Below, piece by piece: positions 12,601 to 27,109 of a stretch of 64,000 nucleotides of DNA. The position numbers and the translations under genes are program-made. This DNA is from Callorhinchus milii (Eukaryota). The notes below the pieces were generated by a model. It ran no database searches and was not told where the DNA came from. It worked only from the letters and a program-made list of their open reading frames with translations. Location: NCBI RefSeq assembly GCF_018977255.1, contig NW_024704742.1:105030001-105094000 (forward strand). Direction: 5' to 3'. Numbering within the stretch: the stretch's first letter is position 1; the number at the start of each line of letters is the position of its first letter.

Positions 12601-12777
12601 AACTTATTTTATGAATTTAAATTTACTGTATACAAAAGCTCATTTTTTAAAATGCATTTTGATTTGGTAAACCACACTAATGACAAGGGAATGCCATTTA
12701 GGTTGATTGAGCTTATTAGCACCAATATGCCTAGGGAAATCACATGCAAGGCAACAATACTTTATTACTGTTATTGT

Positions 12778-12888
12778 TTTGTCCACAAAATATACAGTCA
12801 ATTCACTTTACAGTATATTCTGTGAAGAGCTTTGAGACATCTCGAAGACATGATAAGGCGCTATATCAAATGCAAGGATTATTGTTGT
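12778..12888 (+). mobile_element. SINE 3' fragment
   Basis: CACAAAATATACAGTCAATTCACTTTACAG...CTATATCAAATGCAAGGATTATT. Confidence 0.85.
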
Positions 12889-15249
12889 ACCAATATTCTT
12901 CTTGTGTCATATTTTTAGTGGCATTTTACAACCTCAAATTGTTCATACCAGTACCAGACCTACAACCTCCAGCATTTCGAGCTGTTATTAATCAAAATGC
13001 TTCAGCCACACACGCATTTGGAAGGTAAAATCTATAACTGTACTGATGTGTCATTTTCACATTTTTAAATGGAAGTCGTATGGAAATGTCTGAGGCTCAC
13101 TATTACTCTTTACTGAAATCTTACTGACTAACGGACAGTGGTGGCATTCTAGGTGTTCCTATAAAGCACTTTCAATCATAAAGTTTTCACTACTTAAGTT
13201 TGCAAATCATATCTGATGGAAGCAAAATAAAATACAGTTACTAGTAAGAAGAATTAACATCCACTAGGCAACATAATCCCTTTGGAACTGAGTTGACAAA
13301 GAACCATTTTTCTAATCTGACGCTATCTAATAACTTTTAGGTGACAGCACATGTTCACTTTTTCTCACTACAGAATATTGACATTTTTAAGAAAAACTGA
13401 TACTCTCTGAAGCACCCATTACCTGCAAATATTGCTACTTCCTGTACTAACTTAATGTTTACTTTTACTACTATTGTTTTTTTTGTGGAACAAATGACAT
13501 GTTTGGTAAAACTTCAATTTGCCTCAGAACAATAAAAATGAAAGCAATTAAACACTGGTTAAGTCTGTGACGGTATTAGATAATCAACATAACTTTTGGT
13601 TAAACTAAAGGCTTTATGATGAGTTAAGTACAAAATATTTTTAAAAAACGATTGAAAGGCTGTTAAATAAAATTCAGTAAGTGCTGCACAAAGTACTTAA
13701 AATATACTGAGCACAGCTTATTTAGTTTCTATTAATACAGTAATTCCAGAGAATCTGAATCTATAAAATTCCTATATATAGTACTGATACATACAAGACA
13801 GATTCAGCTTTAAAAGTAATGTAAATCACATTATTTTCAGCAAAGTTCAATCTTGCGATAGACAAAAATTGGCTGAACACATTAAAAATAAACAGAAAGG
13901 TACATAAATTTGCTTTTTTTTTGTAAACATGGTTTGAAATAAAAATCATGAAAATTTGTTAAAACTTGCATATTTGAAAATACTGCAAATACGTCACTGA
14001 TAAAATCATGATGATTTAAAGTACGGTATAGCATTTCAACACGTTTCATGATTACTACTGCATATCAGCTCTAGTCCAATGATTGAGAATTTCAAAATAC
14101 TGCAGATCAAAATGTAGCTATGGTTCCTGAACATCATAAACTGATATTCAACACAATTCCAGAGAAAGATTCAAATGTGGAACCCAAACTGTTATTAATA
14201 ATGATAATCCATGATTAATGAAGTACACAACCCTCTTCTGAATTTGGACTGCAGAGTCACACTTACAGCATGAATAAAGAGACTGGTATCATCCGACAGT
14301 GAATCTTAATGAAACATTTTTTGGATGCAATGGGTGTTGATTAGCCTGTGTGCTGGGATTTTGAATCCTTGTTTATTTCTTTGCTTCCGCACATTCAGAG
14401 CTGCGGGAGTGAGAACCAGACGACTGAAATATGTTCAGGACAGGGAGTCAAGTGGAGGGAATGCTGGAAAACAGGAATTGAGGGGACAGCAGTAAAGTGT
14501 TGTATGAGACATACATACATTAAAGCCATAATCAATATTTGAATCTTTGAAGCACCAATGTGTTGCAAGCCACCTTTAAAATCTGATTGAATATTAGTAT
14601 TGAACACTGAAGCTGATACCAGTACAATATCTGCATAAAGTCCACATAAAGTTTTGCTAAATTGTTAGGAGATGTGATGCATTCTCTGAAGCAATCTCCT
14701 GCTGACAGAGTGCTCTGCCAAGCCATGCACAGGTCTGGACCACATGATCAAAAGTTGCTGCTGTTGGGAGTATTGACATGTTTAGCAGGATCATAAGCCA
14801 CTTTTGTAACAGTGCACATTATTTAAAGAAACCATCACTGAGGAAGATTAGCATTGGCACTGAGCACATTTCCTTCCATATGTTTTGTCATAAAACAGAC
14901 AGAAATCACCAGGTATGGGGTTGAGTTTCTAAGAAGCTTTTGGGGAATGCCGTAGCATTTCGCCATCAAAGTCAAACTTGCTGCTTGTTGATCATTTCCC
15001 AATATTCTGACTTAAGTAATTCTCCACGATTATGCAGGTTTCTCTAACCCTATTGTAGAATAACATTTCTCATTGGAAGTAAGAGTAGGATTCTCGCAGA
15101 TGCTTTATGAAACTAGATCTCAATTTTGAATTTTATACTTTGAAAGCTGCAAAGGTATATCGGCATTCAAGTGGCTAATTTAATATTTACTCAATGATAT
15201 CTGAATAGCAAAACAATGTACAATAGTTACTGTTACACGTTGGCCAATA

Positions 15250-15640
15250 GAGCTCCCGTAATGGCATAGTGAATCACAACAACACTAGGACCCAACACTC
15301 AGCCACGCAGAAGGTTGCAGGATATTATATGCTGAATTAGTTGATCTCAGCTTGAGTGGTAGTTGGAGCCCTATGTCCTGGGTTGTGAAGAGGAAAAATA
15401 AGTCAGGAACTGGAACTCCAATTGGAATTACCACCTCCTGACTCCTGCTGGAGAGTGCAAATGTGTGAACCTGGTAACAAGCTCGAGCTTGACGGTCCTG
15501 GCTCTACAGTCCTGCTAATATTCATTGTCAAGGCTTACACATGACAACTGGCCGGTCACTTGAAGCAGTTATCAGACCATGTGAAAGGCCTGTGGAAAAT
15601 ACCAAAACAAGAGGCAGCAGCTTGAGGAAAATGGAAAGAA
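15250..15640 (+). repeat. Ancient interspersed repeat (SINE-like), related to 54420-54620 on the minus strand
   Basis: TGCTGAATTAGTTGATCTCAGC...GAGGAAAAATAAGTCAGG...CCTGCTGGAGAGTGC pattern loosely recurs in reverse at ~54500-54600; highly diverged. Confidence 0.35.
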
Positions 15641-16548
15641 TTGACAAAGCAAAGTTGGCCAAAGCCCAGTGCTATTGCAAAACATTCAGACATGTTAACA
15701 GTCAGACTCTAACTGGTGTTTGCAAATTAATTACACAAAGAGTTAGCAAACCTTGGAAGATTTTAAAAAAATTAAAACAGCACTTGCACTTCACATCACT
15801 AAAGCACATCATGGAAGACTTGTCCCAACATAGTCAAAAATTGTAACCCGAACCATTAAATTGCATACAAAACATTTAGGCCTAAGATGCGTGAAGGACG
15901 CCAAGTAGTTGTTATAATACACAGAATTTTTGCTGGTACTTTTGACCTTTTTTTAAACAGTGTCTGTATGATTTAGAAGTTTTAATTGATTGCAGTGGCG
16001 TGGGCAGGTAAGTCAATGCTTTTTAACAAATGCACAAAGAATCTGCCTGACCCATGACATAGCTTTCCTAAAGTACTGCTATGAACAGTGGCAGCCGTCT
16101 TCAATAGTAATTTAAAACAGAGCAACTCCACTCCAGGACAACCCACCAGCACCAACTAAATGGATGAAGTTTGTTCCATTCCAAATCCTGGTTTGCCTTT
16201 TCTATTAACTTACTATGACAATGATCATTCTTAGTTTCTTTTCAAAAAAAACATTGGGATGTGAAAATATTTGGTTATTTATATTTTTAAAATGCATCAC
16301 AAAACTTTGTCTCCATGATGTACTTTACGGATAAAATACTCAGTAGGCCAAAAATACAACATAAAGAAAAACATTTATAAATTGCAAAAATTATACTGAT
16401 GCAAAATAAAAAGTGTACATGATCATTATAATACATTCTACAATACTTTATAAATGCAACAAAGAAAATCGATATTTTGAACCTCCTGAATTCCTTTCAA
16501 CAAATGAATACTGAATTTCCTACGGTCAACATTTATCCATCCATTTCA

Positions 16549-16691
16549 CTACGTTATTTTCTTTTTGATGGCTGTGAGTTCTTTGTGTATATCGCTGAAA
16601 TTTGGTCGGTTTTCTGGTTTGTACTCCCAGCATCTCAGCATTATATTATAGATTTCCTCTGGACATTTCTGTGGTGTTGACATTCTGTAAC
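16549..16691 (-). CDS. FER: FER last coding exon including TAG stop, 143 bp
   Basis: ttgcAG|GTTACAGAATG...; translation (G)[46 protein letters not shown]; stop is cta at 16549-16551 on the plus strand. Confidence 0.97.
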
Positions 16692-17914
16692 CTGCAAAGG
16701 TTTAAAAACACATTTTTGAATGATACAGCAGTGCAGCAAGCTGATGAATGCAGGCAACAAAGATGTACTTTGCTCCCCCATTAGATGATATTTCTGCAGC
16801 TTTCAGTAACATTTCAGACCTTCAGTCTTTACCCTGACAAAGCCCTTAATACAGGGTTTTAAAATACTCTGGGCTATGCTTAAAAAGTGACACAATTTAA
16901 TTCTGTAACTGCACTTCTGGAAACCACTAAGAAGATAATAATAAGATATTAGTTATATTTTGAGTAAATTGGAGTTTCAATTATACCTGCCTTCCTAAAT
17001 ACAACGCTGCCCCAAAATGATGCACTACTGCATAGCACAATTTTGATGAGAACACTGTTGCAATGTTGGACCCCATTCAGAGAGATGTGAAAGGATTAAA
17101 GGAGAAATACACGTAAAATATCTTTATAAAGCGTAAGGTTATCAAGACTGAAGAAAATTAAAATACTAGTGATTACCATATTTAGCCAACTGAGAGGACT
17201 GGTTTTCTATGCTAGTCCTGAGCCAGTAATCCAGACAGGTTGTGCCTTAAACTCTGTGACATTCTATTTTGCCAAATAATCTTTCTGCTTACTTAAATAA
17301 ATAATTTACATTGTAATGTTTCAGAAAAAAACCCTATAATCCTTCTGTGGATACAACAGCAGCTGCTAGTGATTATTCCGCTGTGCATTTTTTCACTCAA
17401 TTAAAAAGATTACTGCAATTCGCATTTCAAGCTGTTTCAATCTGAACCACAGCATGAAAGGATAATTAAAGCCACTAGTATGAAATAAGTACTAAAAAGC
17501 AACATATTAAAAAAGGTTGGTACTGTAACATGGCTCGAATTTTAAAAAATTATGGCATCATCTACATTAAGGGTGGCCAACTTTTGGCCCACATGACTAT
17601 TTTACACACACGTAATGAGGGCTGCAAAATGGCAATCCTAGATCTACTGCATGATCAGTTCCCAAAGTATTTGGGTTTCTCTGAAACTCCACACTGCATT
17701 GCAAGAGCAGAGTCAGTTAAATATAGAGACTTTAAGTTAAGCATTTTTTCTCAATCAGTTCACATAGTTTTTCTGCTGTTCAACCGGAGAACCTCAATAA
17801 TCCACTGCCCAGTGTCCCACAGTTCAGGTCCCACACTGCCTCCTTAACGCTTTAATACTATACACAACTTTACAAAATTTGTACATATAATTAATGATCG
17901 GTTAGCTGAATACC

Positions 17915-18482
17915 ATTGATGTGGATAGGGTTTGCTGGACTTCCCAATACGTCCCTCCACAAGCTGCTGACCATTCAGAATTCTGCAGCTCGTGTCCTCT
18001 CCGGAACTTGGCTCCATGACCCTCCCATCCTTGCCCGGCTCTACTGGCTCCCCATTCCCCAAAGGATCAAGTTCAAGATCCTCATCTTCACTTTTAAATA
18101 TCTCCGTGGTCTTGCCCTTCCATACATTTGTGACCTTCTAAAATTCTGCCAACCCTCCTCTCACCAGGCACTGGTCCACTTCACGTCCCCTGCCCGGCTC
18201 ACTCCACCATCAGTAGTTGGGCCTTCAGCCTTTCTGCCACCAATCTCTGGAACTCCATCTGAGTCCCTTCACCTTGTCCCTTCCCTCATCTCCTTCAAAT
18301 CCGTCTCAAGATCTTCCTCTTTGACCACATCTTCAGTCATTTTCCCATCCTCACCCCCACCCCCCCAGCTCAGGTGCAAAGAAGCCTCTTGGGATATCCT
18401 CCTCCTTGGAACAACATCCAATGCATTGGGACATCTTCCCGCCGTGGAAGGCGATGTATAAATGCAATTTGCTGTTGTTGTT
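17915..18482 (+). mobile_element. L2 LINE 3' fragment
   Basis: ORF 17916-18461 GLPNTSLHKLLTIQNSAARVL...LYWLPIPQRIKFKIL; ends in AAATGCAATTTGCTGTTGTTGTTG. Confidence 0.88.
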
Positions 18483-20130
18483 GAGCTCTGTATGGTACTA
18501 TCTTGCAAAATCAGGTTCCTATATTTTTCTTCACTTTCTCTTCACTTTTAATAATTGAATTTTGTGAGACAGATAGGGAGAGTTTATGTTCACTATTTTG
18601 ACACTCTTTTTATTTGCAAATAATGCTATGTGGTATGTGCTAAACTGCAGAACAGATTAATCTGAAGAAAATGATATGCAAAATTGTACTTATTTTCAAA
18701 CTTTAATTAAAGTGATTACAGGAAAGAATGACTTGGAGTAACAGAGTAGAGGTCTGATTTTGAGGCCTGTAGATACCTAACCTGAACAGTCAAGTGTTGC
18801 CAGTTGTTGAGCCACCACTGGTGGTGTGCCGTGATATGGGCAATTGTTTTAAACTTTTGCAGGCTTACGACAAAATGTACAGTACTTGTCCAATTGTTTG
18901 CCACACACTATAGACACCTATCTAATCTTGGCAGGTTTTAGAGAAAGGAAATTTGTCTGGGTGGACTCGCCCGCAACATTGGTAGACTATAATTTTTACT
19001 TGCTTATGGCAGATGCATACTTAAAGCAAACCCCAAATAACTCAGCCCTTAAGTAAAAACATTCACTGGAAATCTACTGAGAAATATGGAAAGCTTTGCT
19101 CATGTCAACTAGGGGAGAATTGTTAATACATAAAACAACATGATATAGAAGAACCTTTAAAACATCTTTTCTTTAAATTTTAGCTATTTTAATTTTAGAA
19201 AACTGATCATAAATTCTTTTTTTTTGTTATTTTATTTTGCTATTTTACTCTTTGTGCACTATTAAATTACCTGTAGTATAAATACATTACAGCTAACTGC
19301 TAACACGATATAAATTCAAGTCACTTTACAACCACGCAACACTTCTGGTGGTTTCAAGTCCATTTTAACATTCATTGATGTGACACTGAAGGGATGAGAT
19401 TCTAATCACTCAAGATACACTCAATCTAAAATACCAACCCATAGCAAAGTGCTTAAAAAAATAATTACATGGAGGATACTGGCTACTGGGGACTGATTAG
19501 AAGCTCCTGTCTAACTGCAGTTTGGATGAGGAGGAGCATGAATGGTTTATACTCATCAATAGAAGCCCATGGATTCGATTAGACAGTAATAACTGTTTTC
19601 CTTTTAATTTGTCACATTGCAGTTCTTGTGCAATAGAAGTGGATTTTTGAAATCCCATCGGTTTTGAAGTTATTGTGGTTTCTAGTCTCTTGAAATTTTT
19701 CTTGTGATTGACAGCTAAGAGTATTGCAGTAAACATCCACATAAGCAGATACTAAAAATGATTTATCTCATTACTGTAACCTTACAAAGAGCTAAAATGT
19801 AGTTGATTAGGACACAGTTCATTCAGTATTTCATAGCATTTTCCTTTCTCCCTCTCCCCATTACCAATTCTGGTCCAGCACCACCTTTTGAATGGAACTT
19901 CAGATGCTCTTAAAGTCAGCTCAATGTTGAATCAAGGACATGTTCTTGCCATTGCTATCAAATTGTCTGTAAGAGATTTCTTTGCATATTGTATCTAAAG
20001 TAGCTAAACTTGAAAGATTTTACACAACTCATAAAGTGGATGATAAAGTTAAGGCAATTTGAACTGCTTGCAAACCACATAAAAAGACAGTAATACACTC
20101 AAAATAGAACTCATCGAATTATGAGTATTA

Positions 20131-20385
<255 letters not shown>

Positions 20386-21218
20386 TTATTAAATGTGAGT
20401 AATATTAAATATGTATTTAACTATTACAATACTACATGTAAAGCACTGTCGTCATGTTTACTCATTCAGTGGAACCCCTTTCTAATTTAGTATGGTTTTG
20501 CGTGTCAAATGCTGAGCAGTTGTATTTACCAATTTATGTGACTCACGCAAATCAACTACACAACTCAGACAATGTGTTATTGAATCCAACAGCAATATTA
20601 CAGCCACTGTCTCCTATATTTCCACTAAACAATGGAGGATGGGGAATGTTTTCGATAAGGCTGGGACCCTGTAAAAGCCCCAAGCGAAATTCAATACATT
20701 CATTTTCATCAAGGACATTTTCTAACTGATAACAAGAAAGGTACAGTGAGGAAGGCCCTTCAGCCTATTTGATCTCATTTTTTCAGAATACTAACCACAC
20801 CATTACCCCCTCACAGGATCAAGCTGTTTGGTGTTCAGCGCCACCCCCCACCACCTCTTTTGTTTTTATTTCTTCCCCATCTGCTTAGGTCTTCTCAATT
20901 TTGATCATGTGTTGAGTGGTGCATAACTAATTTACTAGTCCTCCATGCAAGGCAACATTGGAAAATTTGTTGTGCAAAGTGAAAATCATTGAAATTTCAG
21001 TACAAAAGGTCAGGCCCATTGTGTCCGTATAGTGCTAGCAAATTCACACCCTCTGAACAAAGGCACGGCATGCTGGGTTTGCCAAATCAGCACTCAACGA
21101 TCCTCTATGATCTTTTAGAGGCAAATAACAATCAGACAAGCTTTTAATTAGCAGTGGGTTTCAATATCGAGCAATTGCAAACTATGCCCATTGCCAAGAT
21201 TGCAATGGAGGAACATTA

Positions 21219-21572
<354 letters not shown>

Positions 21573-22672
21573 TTAAATAAAGATTATTGATTTGATAATT
21601 GTCACACTAGTTTATTGAGAATAACACAATAATGAAGCAATAATAAAACATTCACCATTTTACTTACTTGGTTACAAGTTTGTTGATTGTTTTTCCTGAT
21701 GATCAGCCCCAAAAAACAAACCATTCCTCTTCAGCTCAATGTTTAAAAAATGTCACAAGAGAGGTTTGAATGAAAAACTCCTTGAACCAATTTGATCTCA
21801 TCCTTACAGAATACCCACTCTACCGTCCTCCCATTAAATTGTCACAGTTTTCCTTAAATAACCTCAGGATTCTAGATCTCTGTAAGGAAACACTTCCAGA
21901 AATCTGTCCCAAAATTGTCCTTCCCAAACCTGAAGCTATGCTCTCTGTTACTGATGCCAAGCCATATCTGAAAATATTGTTTTGGGTTTACTTTTTGTAC
22001 GTGTCTACTTTACAAGGTAATTGCATTGAGAAGCCATTGAGAAGGACTGTGGTGGGCAGCATGATAGCACAACTAGTTTCAATGAGCCTTGGCTATGGAG
22101 AAGAATAATCAGCAAGGGTTCACTCTCCTGAATGCAATCTACTCAAACATGCCATAATGTTTTTGAGTTAAGAGTTCAGCTATTCTGGGGCTGTATCAGC
22201 TTATGCTAGTTTTGCATTACCAAATGAACAGTTAATACTAATGGGAATCCCCCCACTCATCAATATAACCTATAGCTATGACCATTATAGAATTATGGCT
22301 GATATTTCAATTCCTTAGAATAGAAGGACATTAAACAATTCAGCTAGACTCGGTATTATAAATCTTTTGAATTTATTTTTATTGCACAAAGCACACATTG
22401 CAAAGAGCTATCAATAGTATAATGTCAAGCAAGTGCAGAATACTTATCATAAGTGCAGTATTTTGAGAAAGGCCATTATGAAGGCTAGTCCCCTTTAAAG
22501 CTGCTGACAGTATTATGTCTAGTTAAGCCATTTCAACATAAGAATCAATGATAAATGGTGCCAACTTTTGCAAAAGATAAATTCTGCATTATCATTTTTA
22601 ATTTGGAGATTATTTTTTGCTTTGGTCAGCTGGTTTGAAACATGCAAAAACTCATCACAATGCTTAGGAATA

Positions 22673-23120
22673 TAATAATAATAATCCTTGCATTTCATAT
22701 AGCGCTTCATCATGTTATTGAGATGTCCCAAAGTACTGCCCAGGATATACTGTAAAGTGAATTGACTGTTTTTTGTTGGCAAAAAAACCCCAAATAGTTG
22801 CACACAGCAATGGCCCACAAACAAACATGGATTGAGTGAACAATTTTATTTTGAGGGATTGTTGGTCTGGACACCGGGAGAAACTTCTCTTTTTGAATAA
22901 TGCCATGAGATCTTTAACATGCACATGAACAGGCGGATAGAACCTTGGTTAAACATCTCATCCAAAGAATGGCACCTCTGATAAAGGCAAACCCCCCTAA
23001 CACCCCCAGCTACGCATTGGAGTGCCAGCTTACATAAGGCGATTCCAAGACCTGAAGTGGGGCTTGAACCCACAGCCTTCTGACTTAGATGCGAAAGTGC
23101 TATCACTGCGCCAGGTTGAC
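22673..23120 (-). mobile_element. Deu-domain-like tRNA SINE, near full length
   Basis: Minus strand: TGGCGCAGTGATAGCAC A-box-like, GGGTTCAAGCCCCAC B-box-like, GATGAGATGTTTAACCAAGG...ATCTCATGGCATTATTC core, (TTA)n tail. Confidence 0.75.
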
Positions 23121-23727
23121 ATACAAACCTTTACCCCCAGAAAGCGATCCAGCAATCGACTAGCAACCAGGTTCCTACTGACAGCTTGGTAAACAGAGGC
23201 ATTTGGAGTAAAGTATTGAACCCCCAAGTCCTTTTTCACGTTAACCAAACTAGACAGAGCTCCACATATGCATGCCACTGACACATGGAAATTTCCCTGT
23301 GTCTGGTATGGAACACACAATCTCTCTCGAGGGATGCACCCTGCTTACGAATTCTGGAGAGTATTAGGTGCAGGTTGGTGAAGACCGAGGCTTGGGGACC
23401 TCAGAGTGTGTACGGAGTACAACTGGAGTCCAACCAGTTAAAAGAACATAGCTTGACACTAAGAAAACTGTCTCACAAGCTAGGACCATCTTTTCTGTTG
23501 GAGCTTTAGCTTGCAGGATTTACAGGAGCTGAGTGGGAGGAACCTCTGCAATTGCTGGGTTGGCAGGACATGGCAGGCTGGACAGAGAGAGGTTGGGCTA
23601 AAAGGACAGGGCGAAAAGAAAAAGACAATTCATATACTTTCTAAGTAAATAAATGGGGGTGGGGGGTGGGAGGGATGAGGAGGAACTTATTAATGTGAAC
23701 TGTTTCTCTGTCTGAAAAACAAAAAGA

Positions 23728-23970
23728 GAATATGCTGTAAAGTGAATTGACTGTATATTTGTGGGTGAAAAGCGGCAGTTAATTGTGCACGGCAGTGTCC
23801 CACAAACAGTCGTGGATTGAAATGACCAATTTATAATTGTTTTGTTTTGGAGGGATTATTATTAGGTGTGTGGGGTAAGGAAACTTGCCCAAGGTTTTGC
23901 CCTGCCTGGAATTGAACCCAGGCGGCTCGCTTGCAAGGCGAGTGCTCTAACCACTGAGCTACAGGACTCC
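23728..23970 (-). mobile_element. tRNA SINE, short subfamily, 3' end missing
   Basis: GGAGTCCTGTAGCTCAGTGGTTAGAGCACTCGCC...GGGTTCAATTCC head at 23970 reading downward; body matches 40876 copy. Confidence 0.9.
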
Positions 23971-24454
23971 TTATTGACTTCAAGCCACTTAAAAGTACAA
24001 TGTTAAAGTCACCAATTTACAATCCTGATAAAAGCTTTCAATCAACTTCTGGATGCAATTATGACCTCAAACTCACATTAGTTAGTCTCACTTAGTCTGG
24101 TTTTGCTCCCACTTAAAAACAATCTATTAATTTTCTTGAAGCTCACAGAGAAACCAATTAGTGTCAGGATATTAAAATCTCACCGTTAAATAATTAGTTA
24201 ATCGAAACACGGTTGCTATTACCCAAGGAAGTATGTTTAAAGCAGCAGGCCGATCAATTGGGGCGTATTAGATCCAAACAACCTATTTAAGAGGTGGCAA
24301 TTTTCTTTCCATAAAAAAGGCTGCTAATGGTTGTGGTGACAGAAATAAACATGCAAAAACAACCCATGTACAAGCTAGATAAGAGCTAATTTTTTTGTGA
24401 GTCTGGACTCACTGTATCTGAATGCTAGAGATTTGCCGAGGCATGAAAACCATA

Positions 24455-24895
24455 ACATAAGAACATAAGATATTCTAGACGAAAAAAGACCAAGGTCCAT
24501 CTTGTTCGCCTTCCACCTTCCTGGCGATCACATGCACATAGGTTCCGAACTATCTATGTACTATATCCCGTATTGGTATTTCCTTAAAGAAAACTATCTA
24601 ATCTGTGTTTGAAAGAACCAACACTTCCTGCTTCAACCGTCTATCCAGGGAGCCTGTTCCACAGGTTCACTATTCGCTCACTGAAGTAGTGTTTGCATAG
24701 ATTCGTTCTAAATTTCCCCCCCTTTAATCGCAGGTCGTGTCCTCAGGTTCTACTAGTCTGGACAAGTTGAAACAACAACAAGATTACATTCAGTCTGTCA
24801 TGATGTATGTTGTCTTGCTCCTTTGGAATCTTAAAGACAGCAATCATGCCATCTCACAATCTTCTCTTTTCCTGCGTGAACATGGCCAATTTATA
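24455..24895 (-). mobile_element. CR1-like LINE 3' fragment (different tail type)
   Basis: CATAAGAACATAAGA tail repeat; body resembles the CR1 3' region (minus strand ...GAATAGTGAACCTGTGGAACAGGCTCCC...). Confidence 0.65.
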
Positions 24896-24972
24896 AAATA
24901 ATAATCATCCTTGCATTTGCTATAGCGCTTTTCACGTCTTCTAGACGTCCCAAAGCGCTTAATTTACTTAGT

Positions 24973-25600
24973 CAACAACAACATTACATTTGTATAGCGC
25001 CTTTCACGTCGGGAGGACGTCCGAAGGCACTGGACAGTGTACAGCATTTCAGACCCGAGCTGGGGTCAGGAGGGAGAAGGGAGGGGAGGGGAAGGGGGGT
25101 GACCAATGGTAGGGTCGAAGAGGAGTTGGGGAACGTGGAGCAGGCTGGAGCCGGCTGAGCGGAGGGAGCGGGCGGGTTGGTAGCGGGTTAGGAGGTCGCA
25201 GAGGTAGGGTTTGGCGAGGCCATGGAAGGCTTTCTAGGTGAGGACCAGGATTTTGAACTGGATCCTCTGAAGGATAGGGAACCAATGGGGGAGATGGGGT
25301 CACGGAGTTTGGTGTGGGAGAGGACACGGGCTGCAGAGTTCTGGATTATCTGCAGCCTGTGGAGGGAGGAGTTGGGAAGGCTGACAAGCAGGGCGTTTGC
25401 ATAGTCGAGCCTGGAGGTAATGAAGGCATGAACAAGAGTTTCAGGGGCCTGAGGGGTGAAGTAGTGCGGAGTCGGGTGATGTTACAGAGGTGAGGGAAGG
25501 CAGAGCGGGTCATGGCTTGAATGTGGGGAAGAAAAGACAGTTGAGGGTCGAACAAGACACCCAGGCTCCTGACTGGCTGGTGAGTTGAAGTCATCATGCA
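24973..25600 (-). mobile_element. L2 LINE family A 3' fragment
   Basis: CAACAACAACATTACATTTGTATAGCGCCTTTCACGTCGGGAGGACGTCC tail; ORF 25346-25597 VRSLGVLFDPQLSFLPHI. A SINE tail fragment lies just before it (24898-24960). Confidence 0.88.
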
Positions 25601-26692
25601 ATCATGAAGTTGATGCCACCACCCTCTGGGTTCTTCTGGTCAACCAGTTGTGTATCCATTGTAATGATTCCCGCTTTCTTTATTCAGTAACAGCCTCTCG
25701 AGAGGAACTGTAGCAAAGGCCTTACTGAAATCCATAAGATATATTAACTGTTACAGTAGGGAGCCTATTATCTGTATTAATTGGGATGAGCCCCGATACA
25801 GATAAGTAAACAGTACAGATTATCGTGCAAAATACAAATAGGCTACACTGCCAACTAAAAAATTATAACAACAAATTACACTTGTATAGTGCCCTTCACC
25901 ATAGGAAAGATGTCCCAAGGTGCTGTTACATCAGGCATTATACTAGTATTGTCACTATAATACTACACTGTAGCTACCAGTCTCTCTCTCATTTTGTCCC
26001 TGCTTCTCTTTCTCTCTCACACACACCCCGCTTTTCTCTACACTGCCTAAAAGCACTTTAAAATAAAAACGTACCTTTGCTACAGCAAAAAAAACAATGG
26101 GTCACATGTGCAAAGTTATGTACATGAACACAAGGTTAATAAGGATGCGTGCAAATTTGCAGATGTGCATAACTGGATTTTATTTTAAAATTTTTGCAGC
26201 CTTGGTCTTGGCACATAGACAATTGGCATGCAGATAATTGGTGCTTCTACTGTACCAGAACTAGCACAAGGAACCATTCATTGTTTTCTTAAGGCTCAAA
26301 AGTTGTTGGCTTTTTAATGATTTCCATCATGCTTGTATCAGGAAACATGCTGGGAGTGATAATGGTGTTAAAAAGGACTTTTATCAGGACACATCTGTTG
26401 AGATGCTTCTGACAAGATAACCATTTTCTTCTGTGCAACAACATAATGTTAGAATTTTAGTGCACACTCACTGTCAAACTGTGGAGCAAGGGCAGCACCT
26501 ATTTGATCATCACTCCGAACATTTCAATAGGTTCGAAAAACAGTAAAGATGGATTCAGAAGAACTGAAACTTGAACAACAAGGCCATTTGTCTGTAACTG
26601 TTTCTTTAGTGCAACTTTGAATTTAGACACAAGTACAAAGATGTCACTACTAGTTGCACCCATCAATTTTTCAAGTTCATGTAAATGTATTG

Positions 26693-26815
26693 TATAATCC
26701 TTGCGTTTGATATAGCACCTTATCATGTAAGTGAGATGTCTAAAGCGTTTCACAGAATAGATTGTAAAAAGTGAATTGATTTTATATTTTATGGGCGAAT
26801 CACGGCAGCCAAACG
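26693..26815 (-). mobile_element. SINE 3' fragment
   Basis: ATAATCCTTGCGTTTGATATAGCACC...TTCACAGAATA...GTGAATTGA...GGGCGAA. Confidence 0.8.
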
Positions 26816-27109
26816 CCCTCATCAGTGTGTGCGGTGTGTTACTTATTTACTTTAGTAATCTTTCTCCAAGCTATGTCCTTATTTATAATGCCTTTCAAAA
26901 AAACAAGTTTTCACAGTGTGTTTTCATATGATTTTGATCTGATCGATCCTAGCAAATCCTATTCAACTTCCCGCACTGCGAGCAAGTTATTTTATGTGCT
27001 ACAAAAGCCGCTGGTGTCACTTCATAGAAGAAGTGACATTAAGGTGTTTCTGGACAGCACACAACATGCTGGCGGGACGTCTGTAGCAACTCAAAAGTTG
27101 TTCATTTAT

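Larger units (their letters stand above)
10590..16548 (-). other. FER: Probable FER 3' UTR (distal end uncertain)
   Basis: Follows the stop codon; AT-rich and depleted of large young LINE copies. Candidate minus-strand polyA signals at 15981-15986 (ATTAAA), 12454-12459, 11729-11734 and 10605-10610 (AATAAA). Confidence 0.4.
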
